The notes beneath the pieces were generated by a model that did no database searches, was not told the origin of the DNA, and worked only from the letters and a program-made list of their open reading frames with translations. Shown here one piece after another: positions 62,896-64,000 of a DNA stretch of 64,000 nucleotides (the first letter of the stretch is position 1; every line of letters begins with the position of its first letter). The stretch lies in the IMG/VR virus record IMGVR_UViG_2617271087_000004. The stretch is one strand, 5' to 3'. Source of the stretch: a virus. Taxonomy: Duplodnaviria; Heunggongvirae; Uroviricota; Caudoviricetes. A program made the translations under genes and the position numbers.

Positions 62896-64000
62896 ATGAA
62901 TGACGTTACAGTTGTTACATCGGTTACTTACCCATCACCCGAGTCGTTGGCTCTGGTGGCTGATGTGCAATACCACGAACCATATCTGTCAGCCGCTCTA
63001 AACCGAAAATTCAGGGGAATTGTTGCCCCGGGATTTTATGCTGGTTTCTTGCCTAAGCCTGGCGGTGGGATGAACCTGTTAATCACCTCAGTGGATGGAG
63101 ATAAAACCGCTGGCGCGGCGTCAGTGGATATTGGTGAATTCTACCAGGTAACTATTCAGCATCGTAAGGATATCTCTCTTGCACTTAACGCAGGCAAGAA
63201 ATATGCAATTGTGCTGAAGGGAAGATACCTTCTTGGAGAAGATACCTATCAGGTGAATACCGCGTCACATATTCATGCAGCTGAATTTGTTGCCAGAACC
63301 TATACCGATTCATATCAGTTAGGTGATGGGGAACTGCTGGTTTGTACGGTGAATATCCCTGCTGGCGTATCTACCATTACTCAAGAGATGATTGATACAT
63401 CCGAGCGTATCAACCGCACGATCGGCATTGATATTTCAGACTCTGTAACCAGTACCAGAAGTGATGTTGCTGCGAGTTCGCTGGCAGTTAAAAAAGCCTA
63501 CGATCTGGCGAAAAGCAAGTATACGGCGCAGGATGCAAGCACAACGCAAAAGGGATTAGTTCAGCTCAGTAGTGCCACTAACAGTACGTCCGAAGTGCTG
63601 GCCGCCACACCGAAAGCTGTCAAGGCTGCATATGACCTGGCTAACGGGAAGTATACAGCCCAGGATGCAACCACGACACAAAAAGGGATAGTTCAGCTCA
63701 GTAGCGACACCAACAGCACTTCTGAAACATTAGCTGCAACGCCAAAAGCGGTTAAAGCTGCATACGATCTAGCAGCCGAAAAAGCACCATCCAGTCATAC
63801 ACATCCCTGGAATCAGATCACTGGTGTGCCAACAGCTTCATTGACAGCGAAAGGCATCACTCAGCTCAGTAGTGCCACTAACAGCACGTCTGAAGTGCTG
63901 GCCGCCACACCGAAAGCTGTCAAGGCTGCATATGACCTGGCTAACGGGAAGTATACAGCCCAGGATGCAACCACGACACAAAAAGGGATAGTTCAGCTCA
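62896..64000 (+). CDS. tail fibre protein, N-terminal constant part; continues past the window end
   Basis: Open frame from ATG 62896 with no stop; repeated TQKG(I/L)VQLSS.TNSTSE.LAATPKAVKAAYDLA modules. Confidence 0.8.
   Translation, partial: MNDVTVVTSVTYPSPESLALVADVQYHEPYLSAALNRKFRGIVAPGFYAGFLPKPGGGMNLLITSVDGDKTAGAASVDIGEFYQVTIQHRKDISLALNAGKKYAIVLKGRYLLGEDTYQVNTASHIHAAEFVARTYTDSYQLGDGELLVCTVNIPAGVSTITQEMIDTSERINRTIGIDISDSVTSTRSDVAASSLAVKKAYDLAKSKYTAQDASTTQKGLVQLSSATNSTSEVLAATPKAVKAAYDLANGKYTAQDATTTQKGIVQLSSDTNSTSETLAATPKAVKAAYDLAAEKAPSSHTHPWNQITGVPTASLTAKGITQLSSATNSTSEVLAATPKAVKAAYDLANGKYTAQDATTTQKGIVQL

Overview
The window reads as a ~64 kb stretch of a bacteriophage P1-family (Punavirus-like) phage-plasmid, shown in reverse orientation relative to the conventional P1 map. 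All calls rest on reading the sequence and ORF translations against remembered P1 and protein-family knowledge; no database search was run. Self-derived coordinates may be off by 1-2 nt, and the ORF track appears to accept TTG/GTG starts. Left to right: cre and loxP, the ImmC region (C1 operators, coi, c1), pacA/pacB with an internal GATC-hexamer pac site, lpa, phd/doc, an SOS-box-controlled humD, hot, a ~7 kb accessory block of small lambdoid-type genes, a C1-controlled operon with phosphatase and glycosyltransferase-like genes, a tail/baseplate operon, the ban operon with three tRNAs (Ile-CAT, Thr-TGT, Asn-GTT), a bifunctional methyltransferase (dmt), hrdC, a spanin pair, the plasmid replicon (oriR, repA, incA) and partition system (parA, parB, parS), head/sheath genes, the lytic replicon and ImmI (repL, kilA, ant, icd, c4), sim-like secreted proteins, the sit operon and the start of the tail-fibre gene. 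Nothing stands out as one clearly foreign, self-contained new system. The best candidates for undescribed biology are: (1) the repeat-rich non-coding stretch with a tRNA-like hairpin inside the tRNA/ban operon and its leader with an apparent attenuator; (2) a hok/mok-type toxin next to repL that the ORF track misses; (3) small hydrophobic peptides and coupled small basic ORFs in the accessory block; (4) a glycosyltransferase-like/phosphatase cluster; (5) a PAAR-like protein next to the replicon.
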